Assembly: GCA_020722365.1 (NCBI GenBank) | Contig: DYKY01000001.1 | Location: forward strand, 15,357-79,356 | Source of the DNA: Thermoflexus sp. | Lineage (GTDB): Bacteria; Chloroflexota; Anaerolineae; B4-G1; SLSP01 | Direction of reading: 5' to 3' | DNA: 64,000 nucleotides | In this document: positions 55,862-64,000 of the stretch, piece by piece | Layout: every line of letters starts with the position of its first letter | Numbering within the stretch: position 1 is the first letter of the stretch | Notes under the pieces: model-generated | Seen by the model: the letters and a program-made list of their open reading frames with translations, nothing else | Told to the model about the DNA's origin: nothing | The model's database searches: none | Translations under genes and position numbers: made by a program

Positions 55862-56976
55862 GGGTTGTATGCCTCCAGCAAGGCTTGATAGATACGCTCG
55901 ACTTTAGCCATTTCGGTATAATAGTCGTTGCGTTCCAGGATAACCTGGCGATTAAAGGCCCCAAACACACGTCTGATGGCTGCACTTTCCAGGAGATAGA
56001 CAATTTTGTCCGCCAGTATTGCCGGATTGCGTAAGGGAACTAAAAAACCACCTTTGCCCTCTGCCACCCACTGGCGATTATCTCCAAAATCCGTGATGAC
56101 GACCGGCAGCGCACATGCCATCGCTTCGGCGGTGCTGGCCGCCAGCCCCCCATCGGAGAGGGAAGTGGAAACGTAGACGTCGGAGAGTGTCAGATAATCC
56201 GGCAATTCGTGATTGGGAATGGCTCCCACAAACTTGAGCTGTTCAGCGATGCCCAAAGTGCTTGCCAATTGTTCCAGTTGAGTGCGCAGCGCCCCATTGC
56301 CGGCAATAATGAAGCGCGCGTCGGGAACTTTCTCCAGAACCAATGGCGCTGCCCGTACCAGCGATTCAATATCATAGATGGGGTTGAGGCTGCGCAAGGA
56401 AATCACGACCGGGCAGTGTGGCGCTATTCCCAACCGCGCACGCAAAGCGTCGTTCTGCGGCGCGGGACAGAATCTTTTGGTGTCCACGCCGAAGTAAATC
56501 ACCCGAATTTTGGCTTGAGCCGCCCCCAATGCCGTCATGGTTTCTACCAGGTGGTCGGCATCACAGGTGATGAAATCGGCGTTTTTTAGCGCAAATTTAA
56601 CGCTCCACTTGAAAAACCATGATTCACCGGGCTTGACGACCACGTCGGATCCCCAGGGCGTGATCACAAAGGGATGAAACTGACATAATGCGCCCCAGAA
56701 GCCATAGCCTAGCGCGTCATGGGCGTGGAGGAGGTCGGGTTTGAGCTTACGGATGTTCCGATAAATTTGCAGAACTTGAAAAGCCAGATTGATGCCTCTA
56801 ACCGGAGTATTCCCTATTTTTAGTGGCTGCAAAAGGTGTAGCCTGACATCCGCCGGCGGGTTGGCGCCGAAGGGCTTTTGCGAAATTAAATGGACTTCAT
56901 GACCAACGTCGGCGAAATACTTAACCCACCTTTGTGTATGAATCGAACTGGCATCAGCAAGATAACAGAGTTTCAC
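55858..56976 (-). CDS. GT4-family glycosyltransferase.
   Basis: GT-B fold, 372 aa. Confidence 0.6.
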   Translation of the reverse strand: MKLCYLADASSIHTQRWVKYFADVGHEVHLISQKPFGANPPADVRLHLLQPLKIGNTPVRGINLAFQVLQIYRNIRKLKPDLLHAHDALGYGFWGALCQFHPFVITPWGSDVVVKPGESWFFKWSVKFALKNADFITCDADHLVETMTALGAAQAKIRVIYFGVDTKRFCPAPQNDALRARLGIAPHCPVVISLRSLNPIYDIESLVRAAPLVLEKVPDARFIIAGNGALRTQLEQLASTLGIAEQLKFVGAIPNHELPDYLTLSDVYVSTSLSDGGLAASTAEAMACALPVVITDFGDNRQWVAEGKGGFLVPLRNPAILADKIVYLLESAAIRRVFGAFNRQVILERNDYYTEMAKVERIYQALLEAYNP

Positions 56977-56982
56977 AGCGCC

Positions 56983-57210
56983 TCACTCAGTCACAATCGC
57001 CGTCTGCGCTCCGTGTGATCCCGAACCGACGCCCAGGTTCACATCCGGCTGCGGCAGATCCAGCTCGGCGAAGAACACTGCCGACATATTCTCATCATAG
57101 TGCTGCCCGGTATGCACCAGGATTTCGGTATGATTCTGCCGCAGGGCGCGACTTACCGGCCCGGCCTTAATGAATTGCGGGCGCGCACCGACGATGGAAA
57201 CTATTTTCAT
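56983..57210 (-). pseudogene. Truncated N-terminal fragment (~75 aa) of a UDP-GlcNAc 2-epimerase.
   Basis: [23 protein letters not shown]...[12 protein letters not shown] matches a WecB N-terminus but terminates after ~75 codons. An intact wecB is at 42836-43975. Confidence 0.6.
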
Positions 57211-57223
57211 CACGAATGCATCC

Positions 57224-57733
57224 TCATACCACACACCGACAACCACATTCCAGATCCAATGTGACAGGCGAGAGATAATGATCGGTTTTTTCGCGCCGAA
57301 AGTGTAACACCAGAGAGGTATAGGGGTCAAACACCACGACATCTTTGATGCCTTGCGCCAGATAAAAACGTGGCGCAAATTCCAGGTCTTTGGCCTCATA
57401 CCCTTTACTCACGACCTCAATCACCGCTTCCGGTATCAGGGTGATGGCGGTTTCTTCTTCCGCAGGTCTGCTGCAAAAGATGGCAATATCTGGCCGCTTC
57501 AGGGAACCATCGGGAAAAGTAACATAAACATCCGAAATGTGCAGACAGGCACACCCTTCGGCTACGGTATGTGGTCGAGGCGTGGGTTGAATCGTCGCGC
57601 GAATACGATCAATCGCTTCTTGATGTTTCCACACCGGGTGCGCTTCCCACAAAGGCAATCCCCCTACGATTTCCAGGCGCACGCCCACATCATCGGCTTG
57701 TTGAAATAGATGTTCCAGACTGCTTTGCGCCAT
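57224..57733 (-). CDS. Uma2-family (DUF820) PD-(D/E)xK endonuclease-like protein.
   Basis: 169 aa. Motifs ...EAVIEVVS...[13 protein letters not shown] typical of Uma2. Confidence 0.6.
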   Translation of the reverse strand: MAQSSLEHLFQQADDVGVRLEIVGGLPLWEAHPVWKHQEAIDRIRATIQPTPRPHTVAEGCACLHISDVYVTFPDGSLKRPDIAIFCSRPAEEETAITLIPEAVIEVVSKGYEAKDLEFAPRFYLAQGIKDVVVFDPYTSLVLHFRREKTDHYLSPVTLDLECGCRCVV

Positions 57734-57749
57734 AACGTTTGTATCTCTC

Positions 57750-59069
57750 TTACCCTTGCCCCACCCGCCGGTAAATCAACCCGGCTCGCTGCGCCTGTTC
57801 CGCACTGAACGCGCCGCGTCCATCCACCACAATCGGCGTGGTTAGCGCGGCCCGGAGTGCGCGCAGGTCTATGTTCTGATACTCCGTATGTTTGACCATC
57901 ACCACGACCGCATTGCATCCCTGCGCCATCGCCAGCACGTTGCCCTGATAACCCGGCACGAAGGGGTCATGAACCAGCACCTCCGCACTCCATTCCCGCA
58001 ACCACGTCGCCAGCACCTCGCTGGGACTGTTGCGCGTATCGTCGGAGTCTTCCAGGTAAGCGTAGCCCAACACCAGAATGCGCGTCTCTTCCAACTCCTT
58101 GCCGGCGATCTCCAGGGTCTCTTCCAGCAATTTGAGGATGTGCAACGGCATCCCATCATTGACGGCGCGCGCGGCCGGGATGAGCCGAATGGGAATTTTG
58201 TTCCACGCTTCGTAGGCCAGCAGCCACGGGTCTTTGGTGATGCAGTGTCCGCCGACGCCGGCGCCCGGATAGAGCATCATCCGCCCTGGCGACTTGTTCA
58301 CCAGCTCGCGCACTTTCCACACATCCCCGCCGACCGCCTCGCAGATCAACGCCACTTCATTGGCAAAGGCGATGTTCACGTCACGGTAGGCGTTCTCCAC
58401 CGTCTTCACCAGCTCCGCCGTCACGCAATCCGCCGGGTCGAGATCCGCCTGGACGATGTGACGATAGAGTGCGATCATCGTTTGCGCCGTTTCCGGCGTT
58501 TCACCGCCGCAGACGCGACTCACGCCGCGCAAATTGGCGAGCAACTTCCCCGGCATCACCCGCTCTGGGCAATGACCGAGGTAAAAATCAACGTTGGCGC
58601 GCTTGCCGGACGATTCTTCCAGCAAAGGTTTGACCAGGCGCGCCATCGTGCCGGGCGCGATGGTCGATTCAACAATAATCAGCGCACCGGACTGCAACAC
58701 CGGGCCGAGATCGCGCAAGGCGCTCCGCAAGGCAACGTACTGCGGCACGTGCTGCTCATCCACTGGCGTCTCCACACTGATGGTGACGACATCGCAATCG
58801 TGCAGGTCAGCATACTGCGTGGTTGTGTGCAGCCGCCCCTCCGCAACAACCGTTGCCAACAGCTCAGCCAGCCCCGGCTCGCGTCCCTCGATAGGCGAAA
58901 TCCCGGCGTTGATCGCATTCACGCGCTCCGCCTTGAGGTCCACGCCTACCACGTTGAATCCTGCCTCGGCGAACAGACACGCCACCGGCAATCCCACGTA
59001 CCCCAGCCCGATTACACCGAGCCGGGCAGTCTGCGTAGAAATTCTCTGCTGCAAAAAATCCAAACTCAC
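57750..59069 (-). CDS. UDP-N-acetyl-D-glucosamine/mannosamine 6-dehydrogenase (WbpA/WecC family).
   Basis: N-terminal NAD motif LGVIGLGYVGLPVA and the UDP-glucose/GDP-mannose dehydrogenase family pattern. Confidence 0.8.
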   Translation of the reverse strand: MSLDFLQQRISTQTARLGVIGLGYVGLPVACLFAEAGFNVVGVDLKAERVNAINAGISPIEGREPGLAELLATVVAEGRLHTTTQYADLHDCDVVTISVETPVDEQHVPQYVALRSALRDLGPVLQSGALIIVESTIAPGTMARLVKPLLEESSGKRANVDFYLGHCPERVMPGKLLANLRGVSRVCGGETPETAQTMIALYRHIVQADLDPADCVTAELVKTVENAYRDVNIAFANEVALICEAVGGDVWKVRELVNKSPGRMMLYPGAGVGGHCITKDPWLLAYEAWNKIPIRLIPAARAVNDGMPLHILKLLEETLEIAGKELEETRILVLGYAYLEDSDDTRNSPSEVLATWLREWSAEVLVHDPFVPGYQGNVLAMAQGCNAVVVMVKHTEYQNIDLRALRAALTTPIVVDGRGAFSAEQAQRAGLIYRRVGQG

Positions 59070-59070
59070 C

Positions 59071-60075
59071 CTACACCTCGATCACGCACTGCGTTTTACC
59101 AGATTCGACGACCGCCAATGCCAGACGTAAAGCAACCAATCCGTCAACGCCACTTACCGGCACAGGAGTGTTGTTCAGCACCGCAGATGTGAAGGCTTCC
59201 AGTTCGGCCCGTAAAGGCTCGTAACGTTGGATGGGATAACGCACCATCCGCCCCTCACGCACACCCTTAAGGATGCTGAGATGGTTCCAGGCCGAGCCAC
59301 TCACTTCGGCGTTCTCGTAGAAGAAGAGATCTTGCATAAGATCATCAGCGCGGAACATCCCCTTCTCACCGAGCACCACAACCTCGCGCACCTTTTGCGG
59401 CGTCAGCCAGTTGATGTCCAACACGCCGGTCATCTCATTGTCGAAGCGCAAGAGTGCCGTCACCAAATCCTCGTGCTCCGTGTGAATACGCTGCTCCGTC
59501 TCGGCAAAGACGCGCACCGGCTCGGCTCCACTGATGAAGCGCATCAAGTCCAGATCGTGCGGTGCCAGATCAATAACCACGCCCACATCCCGCACGCGGG
59601 GTGGAAACGGTCCCACGCGCCGGCACACGATCTGGAAAATCTTCCCCAATTCACCTGCCGCCAGGTGCGCCTTCAACGCCTGGATTGCCGGGCTGAAGCG
59701 CATGATATGGCCGACCATCAAGCGCCGCCCAAGCGCCTCGGCATAGTCGATGAGCGTCTGCGCCTCCTCCACAGTTGCAGCAATCGGCTTCTCGACCAGC
59801 ACATCGGCGCCGGCGCGCATCGCCATTTCCGCCACTTCCCGGTGGTAGCGCGTCGGGACGGCAACCGTGACCACATCCGGTTGCTCGTGTTCCAGCAGTT
59901 CGCGGTAATCCACGTAGGCCGGGACACCATGCTTGGCAGCGATCTGTTGCCCCATCTGTGGATTGACGTCCGCCACGCCAACAAGTTTGGTTTGGGCGAT
60001 CTCCGTGTAGACACGCGCATGATGCTGTCCCATCGCGCCAACGCCGATGACAGCGGCTTTCAAGTGTGCGCTCAT
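59071..60075 (-). CDS. Gfo/Idh/MocA-family oxidoreductase (WbpB-like UDP-GlcNAcA 3-dehydrogenase).
   Basis: AVIGVGAMGQHHARVY Rossmann N-terminus. Adjacent to the DegT aminotransferase and an LbH acetyltransferase. Confidence 0.7.
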   Translation of the reverse strand: MSAHLKAAVIGVGAMGQHHARVYTEIAQTKLVGVADVNPQMGQQIAAKHGVPAYVDYRELLEHEQPDVVTVAVPTRYHREVAEMAMRAGADVLVEKPIAATVEEAQTLIDYAEALGRRLMVGHIMRFSPAIQALKAHLAAGELGKIFQIVCRRVGPFPPRVRDVGVVIDLAPHDLDLMRFISGAEPVRVFAETEQRIHTEHEDLVTALLRFDNEMTGVLDINWLTPQKVREVVVLGEKGMFRADDLMQDLFFYENAEVSGSAWNHLSILKGVREGRMVRYPIQRYEPLRAELEAFTSAVLNNTPVPVSGVDGLVALRLALAVVESGKTQCVIEV

Positions 60076-61156
60076 TCGCCCTCCATAAAGCCGTTAACCG
60101 CCGTGACGATGACATCCAAATCGGTTTGAGTCAACGCCGGATGCACCGGCAGCGAGAGCACTTCTTCTGTGGCCCGCTCGGCTTCCGGCAAGTGCTGGGC
60201 GTAGCCCAACTGCTGCGTGTAATACGTCTGCTGGTGAATTGCCACGGGATAGTAGATGCCGAATCCGATCCCGTTTGCCTTGAGATGCTCTATCAATGCA
60301 TCGCGACGACCATCAGGGACGCGGATGGTGTACTGGTGGAACACGTGAACGTACCCGTCAGGCGTAACCGGGACGCCAACCCCGCGCAGATTCGCGTTGA
60401 GATAGCGCGCATTGGCGATGCGGGCCGCGTTGAATTGCTCCAGTTTGTGGAGCTGCGCCAACCCAATGGCCGCGTGAACATCGGTCATGCGAAAATTGAA
60501 GCCGAGTTCGTCGTGGTAATAGCGCCGTCTCATCCCATGCTGGCGAATGACCTGGCAGTTCTCGGCAATGCGCGCGTCGTTGGTGGTGATCATACCACCT
60601 TCCGCCGAGGTAATATTTTTGGTGGGATAGAGCGAGAACGTACCCGTTCCCCACGCGCCAGCGCGCTTGCCGTGCAGAGACGCTCCGTGGGATTGGCAGG
60701 CGTCCTCGATCACAACCAGACCATACTTGTCGGCCAAAGTCTGAATCGCGTCCATGTCGGCCATCAGCCCGAACAAGTGCACCGGTAAAATCGCCTTCGT
60801 GCGCGGTGTGATGGCAGCCTCGATCTGCGCCGGGTCCAGGTTGAACGTCGCCGGATCGATGTCCACGAAGACCGGCCTGGCTCCGGTGAACAAGACGCTG
60901 TTCGCCGATGCAATGAACGTAAACGGCGAGGTGATGACCTCATCCCCAGGGCCGATGTCGTGCGCCAGCAGCGCCACGTGCAGCGCCGTCGTCCCGCTGC
61001 TGGTCGCAATCGCATACTGCACGCCGCACATCGCAGCGAAAGCTTCCTCGAAAGCCTTGACTCGTGGCCCTTGCGCCAGCATACCGGAATCCAAAACTTC
61101 AAGAACTGCTTGTTTTTCTTCATCCCCGATGAGGGGTTTTGCAATGGAAATCACTG
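60072..61156 (-). CDS. DegT/DnrJ/EryC1-family aminotransferase (WbpE-like).
   Basis: GDEVITSPFTFIASANSV and PLP-Lys in FSLYPTKNITS. Probable GTG start with a GGAGG RBS. Confidence 0.75.
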
Positions 61157-61762
61157 TGCCTGCCTCCAGATTTTTAATGGGATAGAAAGCATTTCGTGAC
61201 AGTCGGGACACTGCGCGACGATTCTGTCCTCTTCTTCGTGGTCTGCGACCAACCGGTGTCCGCACGCGCACACAAACCCGATCAGCCGCGCCGGATTGCC
61301 GACGACCAACCCGTGCGCGGGCACATCTTTGGTGACGACAGCGCCCGCGCCCACCATCGCCCACTCGCCAACAACGACCTTGGGCAAGATCGTAGAATTC
61401 GCACCGAGCGCCGCCCCGCGCTTGATCACGATCCGCCCCAACACCCAATCGTCGGCGGCTTTCAACGACCCGTCGGAATTCACCGCACGCGGGAAATTGT
61501 CGTTGGTGAAGCACACGTGCGGGCCAACGAAGACGCCATCTTCGATCTCGACGCCGTGGTAAATCGAGACGTAGTTCTGCACCTTGACGTTGTCGCCAAT
61601 CCGCACGCCAAAGTCCACGTAGACGCCCTTGCCGAGGATACAGTTTTGGCCGATCTGCGCATCCTCGCGCACCTGGCACTGATGCCATATGCTGGTACCG
61701 GAACCGATGTGCGCCTTGTCCGAAACGTCCGCCGTAGGGTGAATTCTCACATTGTCATGCAT
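61151..61762 (-). CDS. Left-handed beta-helix (hexapeptide-repeat) N-acetyltransferase (WbpD-like) with a C-terminal zinc ribbon.
   Basis: Hexapeptide repeats IGSGTSIWHQCQVREDAQIGQNCILGKGVYV and C-terminal CACG...CPDC. Confidence 0.7.
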   Translation of the reverse strand: MHDNVRIHPTADVSDKAHIGSGTSIWHQCQVREDAQIGQNCILGKGVYVDFGVRIGDNVKVQNYVSIYHGVEIEDGVFVGPHVCFTNDNFPRAVNSDGSLKAADDWVLGRIVIKRGAALGANSTILPKVVVGEWAMVGAGAVVTKDVPAHGLVVGNPARLIGFVCACGHRLVADHEEEDRIVAQCPDCHEMLSIPLKIWRQAQ

Positions 61763-61763
61763 A

Positions 61764-62387
61764 CTACCCCCGCTCCTCCAACAACCCCCGTATCCGCGCC
61801 GCCACCATCTCGATCGCCACCTCGTTGAAGCCGCCCTCGGGGATGATCACGTCGGCATAACGCTTGCTCGGCTCGACGAACTCCTGATGCATCGGGCGTA
61901 CCGTCGCCATATACTGTGCAATGACCGACTCGAACGTCCGCCCCCGCTCCTGCATATCGCGCTGGAGGCGGCGAATCAAGCGGATGTCACTGGCCGTATC
62001 GATGAAGAGCTTCACGTCAAACAACCTGCGCAATTCCGGCTCGGCAAAAATGAGGATGCCTTCCACCAGCACGATCGGAGCCGGCTCCACGTGGATGGTC
62101 TCATCGGTGCGCACGTGCCGGGTAAAATCATAGACCGGGATTTCGGCAGGATAGCCGTTGCGCAGCAAAGTCAGATGTTCGATCATCAGGCTCGTTTCCA
62201 GCGCATCCGGATGATCGAAGTTCAGGCTTTGGCGTTCCTCCAACGTCAGGTGACGTAAATCCTTGTAATAGGCATCGTGCGGGATACACGCGATGTGCTC
62301 CGCGCCGACGCGCTCCAGGATGCGGTTCGCCACCGTCGTCTTGCCAGACCCGGTTCCCCCCGCCACACCAATGATAATCGAACGCAT
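61764..62387 (-). CDS. udk: Uridine kinase.
   Basis: P-loop GVAGGTGSGKTT and the Udk family pattern. Confidence 0.85.
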   Translation of the reverse strand: MRSIIIGVAGGTGSGKTTVANRILERVGAEHIACIPHDAYYKDLRHLTLEERQSLNFDHPDALETSLMIEHLTLLRNGYPAEIPVYDFTRHVRTDETIHVEPAPIVLVEGILIFAEPELRRLFDVKLFIDTASDIRLIRRLQRDMQERGRTFESVIAQYMATVRPMHQEFVEPSKRYADVIIPEGGFNEVAIEMVAARIRGLLEERG

Positions 62388-62462
62388 AGACCCTCCCTTC
62401 AGACAGTCGGGTAGTCTTGAGTCAAGTAGTCTTGAGTAGCCGAAATTTCCAGATCGCGTTTT

Positions 62463-62503
62463 GGCTGAAAAATCCGCTCGGTCCGTTCAATCCGTTGACA
62501 AAT
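62463..62503 (-). repeat. Copy (c) of the triple-heptamer CGGATT motif (reverse strand), upstream of udk.
   Basis: Reverse complement reads TTTGTCAACGGATTGAACGGACCGAGCGGATTTTTCAGCC. Confidence 0.65.
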
Positions 62504-63512
62504 CCTCAGCGTCTGGCTCTACGATTGCCGGTTGCGTAGGCGCTTTGCGGCGGAGATGATAGTGCCCGAGAACGGCAATCAACAAGGCTAACATCCCTAC
62601 CGCTTCCAACGGCGCACCGGGATTGTATACCGCTTCATAACGCGGGAGCGCATCCCGTTGTATCTCAAGCCGAACATCGTCGGCAAACAATGCCCCGTCG
62701 TCCTGCAACGTCGTCTCCACAAGCAGTTTGCCATCGGCGCTGCGGTAGACCTGCACCTGGATCGGGGCGTCGGTCTCGCGCAGCCGGCTGATGCGAAAAA
62801 CATAACCCACCTGGGGCAGCGCAAAATAAGCTTCGGGCGCCTCGCCGGTCAACGCCAGGCGCACCTGATCCTGTGGTTCGTCGCGCGCCGAGGGTGACAG
62901 AGGCAAAACCTGCCCCTGTTCATCGAACGCCTGCACAATCAACCCCACACTGTTTCCTTTGGGAACAAAGTATAGCCCATATTGCCCTGTCCGCAACAGC
63001 ATAAACCGGCTGGGGGAAACATCGTCGCGGGCCGGCAATGTCAATCCGCGCTCCGGGATAGTGATAGGCGTCGCGGGCCAGGCGATCACGTCCGACTGCT
63101 TCCAGCCCCATACCGTCTGTATTCCCCATCCCGCGATAATGAGCACGCCGGCCACACATGCCAGGACCTGGAGCCGGCGACTGGATCGCGTCCTCTCTTT
63201 CCAGTGTTCAAACAGGTCATCGAAGCGCGCAGCGACGATCAATGCCAGCCAGGCAAGGAGCGCGCGCATCCACAGCGACGTGCGCACCGTGAGCAAGCCG
63301 ACCGTTGCCAGCGGTGTGGTCCACATCTTGAGGGTTGGGCGCAGCCCGGCCAGCCAGCGTGCGTAAACGGGACTGGTGGAGATCGACACTGGAGCCTGGG
63401 GGAGAAACAACACGATGGCCTGGATGACCAATAGTGCGATGAGGGCTTCGACCAGTCTTCTATCCGCACCGAGCCATTGCCACACCTGGTTGAGTATCTG
63501 TCGCGCCCGCAT
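62487..63512 (-). CDS. Integral membrane protein (possibly ResB/Ccs1-like).
   Basis: N-terminal TM helices and a large extracytoplasmic domain. Start taken at MRARQIL. The ORF-track N-terminal extension overlaps the tRNA and is rejected. Confidence 0.4.
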   Translation of the reverse strand: MRARQILNQVWQWLGADRRLVEALIALLVIQAIVLFLPQAPVSISTSPVYARWLAGLRPTLKMWTTPLATVGLLTVRTSLWMRALLAWLALIVAARFDDLFEHWKERTRSSRRLQVLACVAGVLIIAGWGIQTVWGWKQSDVIAWPATPITIPERGLTLPARDDVSPSRFMLLRTGQYGLYFVPKGNSVGLIVQAFDEQGQVLPLSPSARDEPQDQVRLALTGEAPEAYFALPQVGYVFRISRLRETDAPIQVQVYRSADGKLLVETTLQDDGALFADDVRLEIQRDALPRYEAVYNPGAPLEAVGMLALLIAVLGHYHLRRKAPTQPAIVEPDAEDLSTD

Positions 63513-63568
63513 AGTTCCCTTCGCTATTGAGCTACAAAAAAGGTCCCGTCGACTCCGGGGCCGGAGAG

Positions 63569-63641
63569 AGCCACCCTTGGGAATTGAACCCAAAACCTGG
63601 CGCTTACGAAGCGTCTGCTCTGCCGATTGAGCTAGGGTGGC
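63569..63641 (-). tRNA. tRNA-Thr (anticodon CGU).
   Basis: Cloverleaf folded by hand: 7-bp acceptor stem GCCACCC/GGGTGGC, D-arm GCTC..GAGC, anticodon loop TTCGTAA, T-arm TTGGG-TTCAATT-CCCAA. One A:C mismatch in the anticodon stem. Candidate TTGCCA-17-TATAAT promoter upstream on the minus strand. Confidence 0.75.
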
Positions 63642-63691
63642 GATTACAAACGCCATTATACTCAGAACTACGCATATGGCAAGCTGATTCA

Positions 63692-63727
63692 GTAGACGGT
63701 AAACAGTAGACGGTAGACGAGTAGACG
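63692..63727 (+). repeat. Degenerate tandem heptamers (GTAGACG family).
   Basis: AGTAGACGGTAAACAGTAGACGGTAGACGAGTAGACG. Same unit as at 2829-2850. Confidence 0.75.
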
Positions 63728-63889
63728 AAACGTAAGCCCGGCGATACTGCAACTTTGTCCCATAATCGACGTAATAAGGATGTCGAAAATGGCATTTGTG
63801 CCGTCCGAGGCAACTTTTGACAAAGTGACCATTCGACGTTACACTTAAGCAAGATAGATCAAAAGCATATCACGCGGGAGGTAAACACA

Positions 63890-64000
63890 ATGGCAACCTT
63901 ATTGGAAAAAGTATCCACGCTGATTTCGGCGAATCTCCATTCCCTGGTCGATAGGGCGCTCAAGAACAACAGTGTCGCCGTGATCGATCAATACATCCGC
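63890..64000 (+). CDS. pspA: PspA/IM30 (Vipp1) family protein, N-terminal fragment. Continues beyond the window.
   Basis: MATLLEKVSTLISANLHSLVDRALKNNSVAVIDQYIR parallels the PspA N-terminus (..F.RF.DIVNANINALLDKAEDPEKMIRQ.IR). Candidate promoter TTGACA-17-TACACT upstream. Confidence 0.5.
   Translation, partial: MATLLEKVSTLISANLHSLVDRALKNNSVAVIDQYIR

Noticed and set aside
63513-63752. N-terminal 80 aa of ORF 62487-63752, overlapping the tRNA-Thr.
   Set aside because: It overlaps a convincing tRNA cloverleaf and its promoter. The internal Met at 63512 gives a sensible membrane-protein N-terminus.

Overview
This window is a high-GC (~62%) bacterial chromosomal segment. The gene content and order (yacL-cysS-rlmB, sortase, Uma2/DUF820, many PIN modules) suggest a Chloroflexota-like organism, but that is inference.

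From the left end, the window contains:
- a vapBC pair;
- a TPP riboswitch with an intrinsic-terminator expression platform, preceding a thiamine pyrophosphokinase gene and a thiamine-type ABC importer (SBP, permease, ATPase);
- a consensus sigma70 promoter carrying two Cheo-type LexA boxes (GAAC-N4-GTTC), a 15-bp perfect inverted repeat in the 5'UTR, and an operon of a soluble FtsK-motor paralog, a small poly-Gln membrane protein, a LexA/UmuD-like S24 self-cleaving protein with an unknown N-terminal domain (Ala-Gly site present), and two small unknown proteins;
- housekeeping genes: holA, a sortase, two tandem hpt paralogs plus tdk, the rpmE-rpmA-rplU ribosomal genes (the L31 carries an RNAP alpha-CTD-like C-terminal extension), radA, and the canonical full-length ftsK;
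- a second PIN toxin-antitoxin pair;
- a Type II R-M pair (PD-(D/E)xK REase plus an alpha-class methyltransferase with a zinc-finger target-recognition domain);
- an NYN/YacP-like protein with a four-fold repeated acidic WLEVF motif;
- a bifunctional formimidoyltransferase-cyclodeaminase;
- a low-GC manA gene;
- rsmI, a PrsA-like PPIase, rlmB, cysS and a YacL (PIN-TRAM) gene;
- an orphan LysW-like zinc-ribbon protein with a polyacidic tail.

The right half is a ~24-kb single-strand glycan biosynthesis cluster. It encodes a UDP-2,3-diacetamido-2,3-dideoxy-hexuronate pathway (WbpA/B/E/D plus a 2-epimerase), six SAM-dependent methyltransferases, several GT2/GT4 glycosyltransferases, a Wzx-type flippase, a TPP-dependent E1 alpha/beta pair, two aminotransferases, an embedded vapBC pair, and a wecB pseudogene fragment next to a Uma2 gene. 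After the cluster come udk, a membrane protein, tRNA-Thr(CGU) and the 5' end of a pspA/IM30 gene.

Recurrent short intergenic repeat families are also present. One is a triple heptamer (A/G)CGGATT with ~10.5-bp periodicity found upstream of three genes. Another is GTAGACG tandem heptamers.
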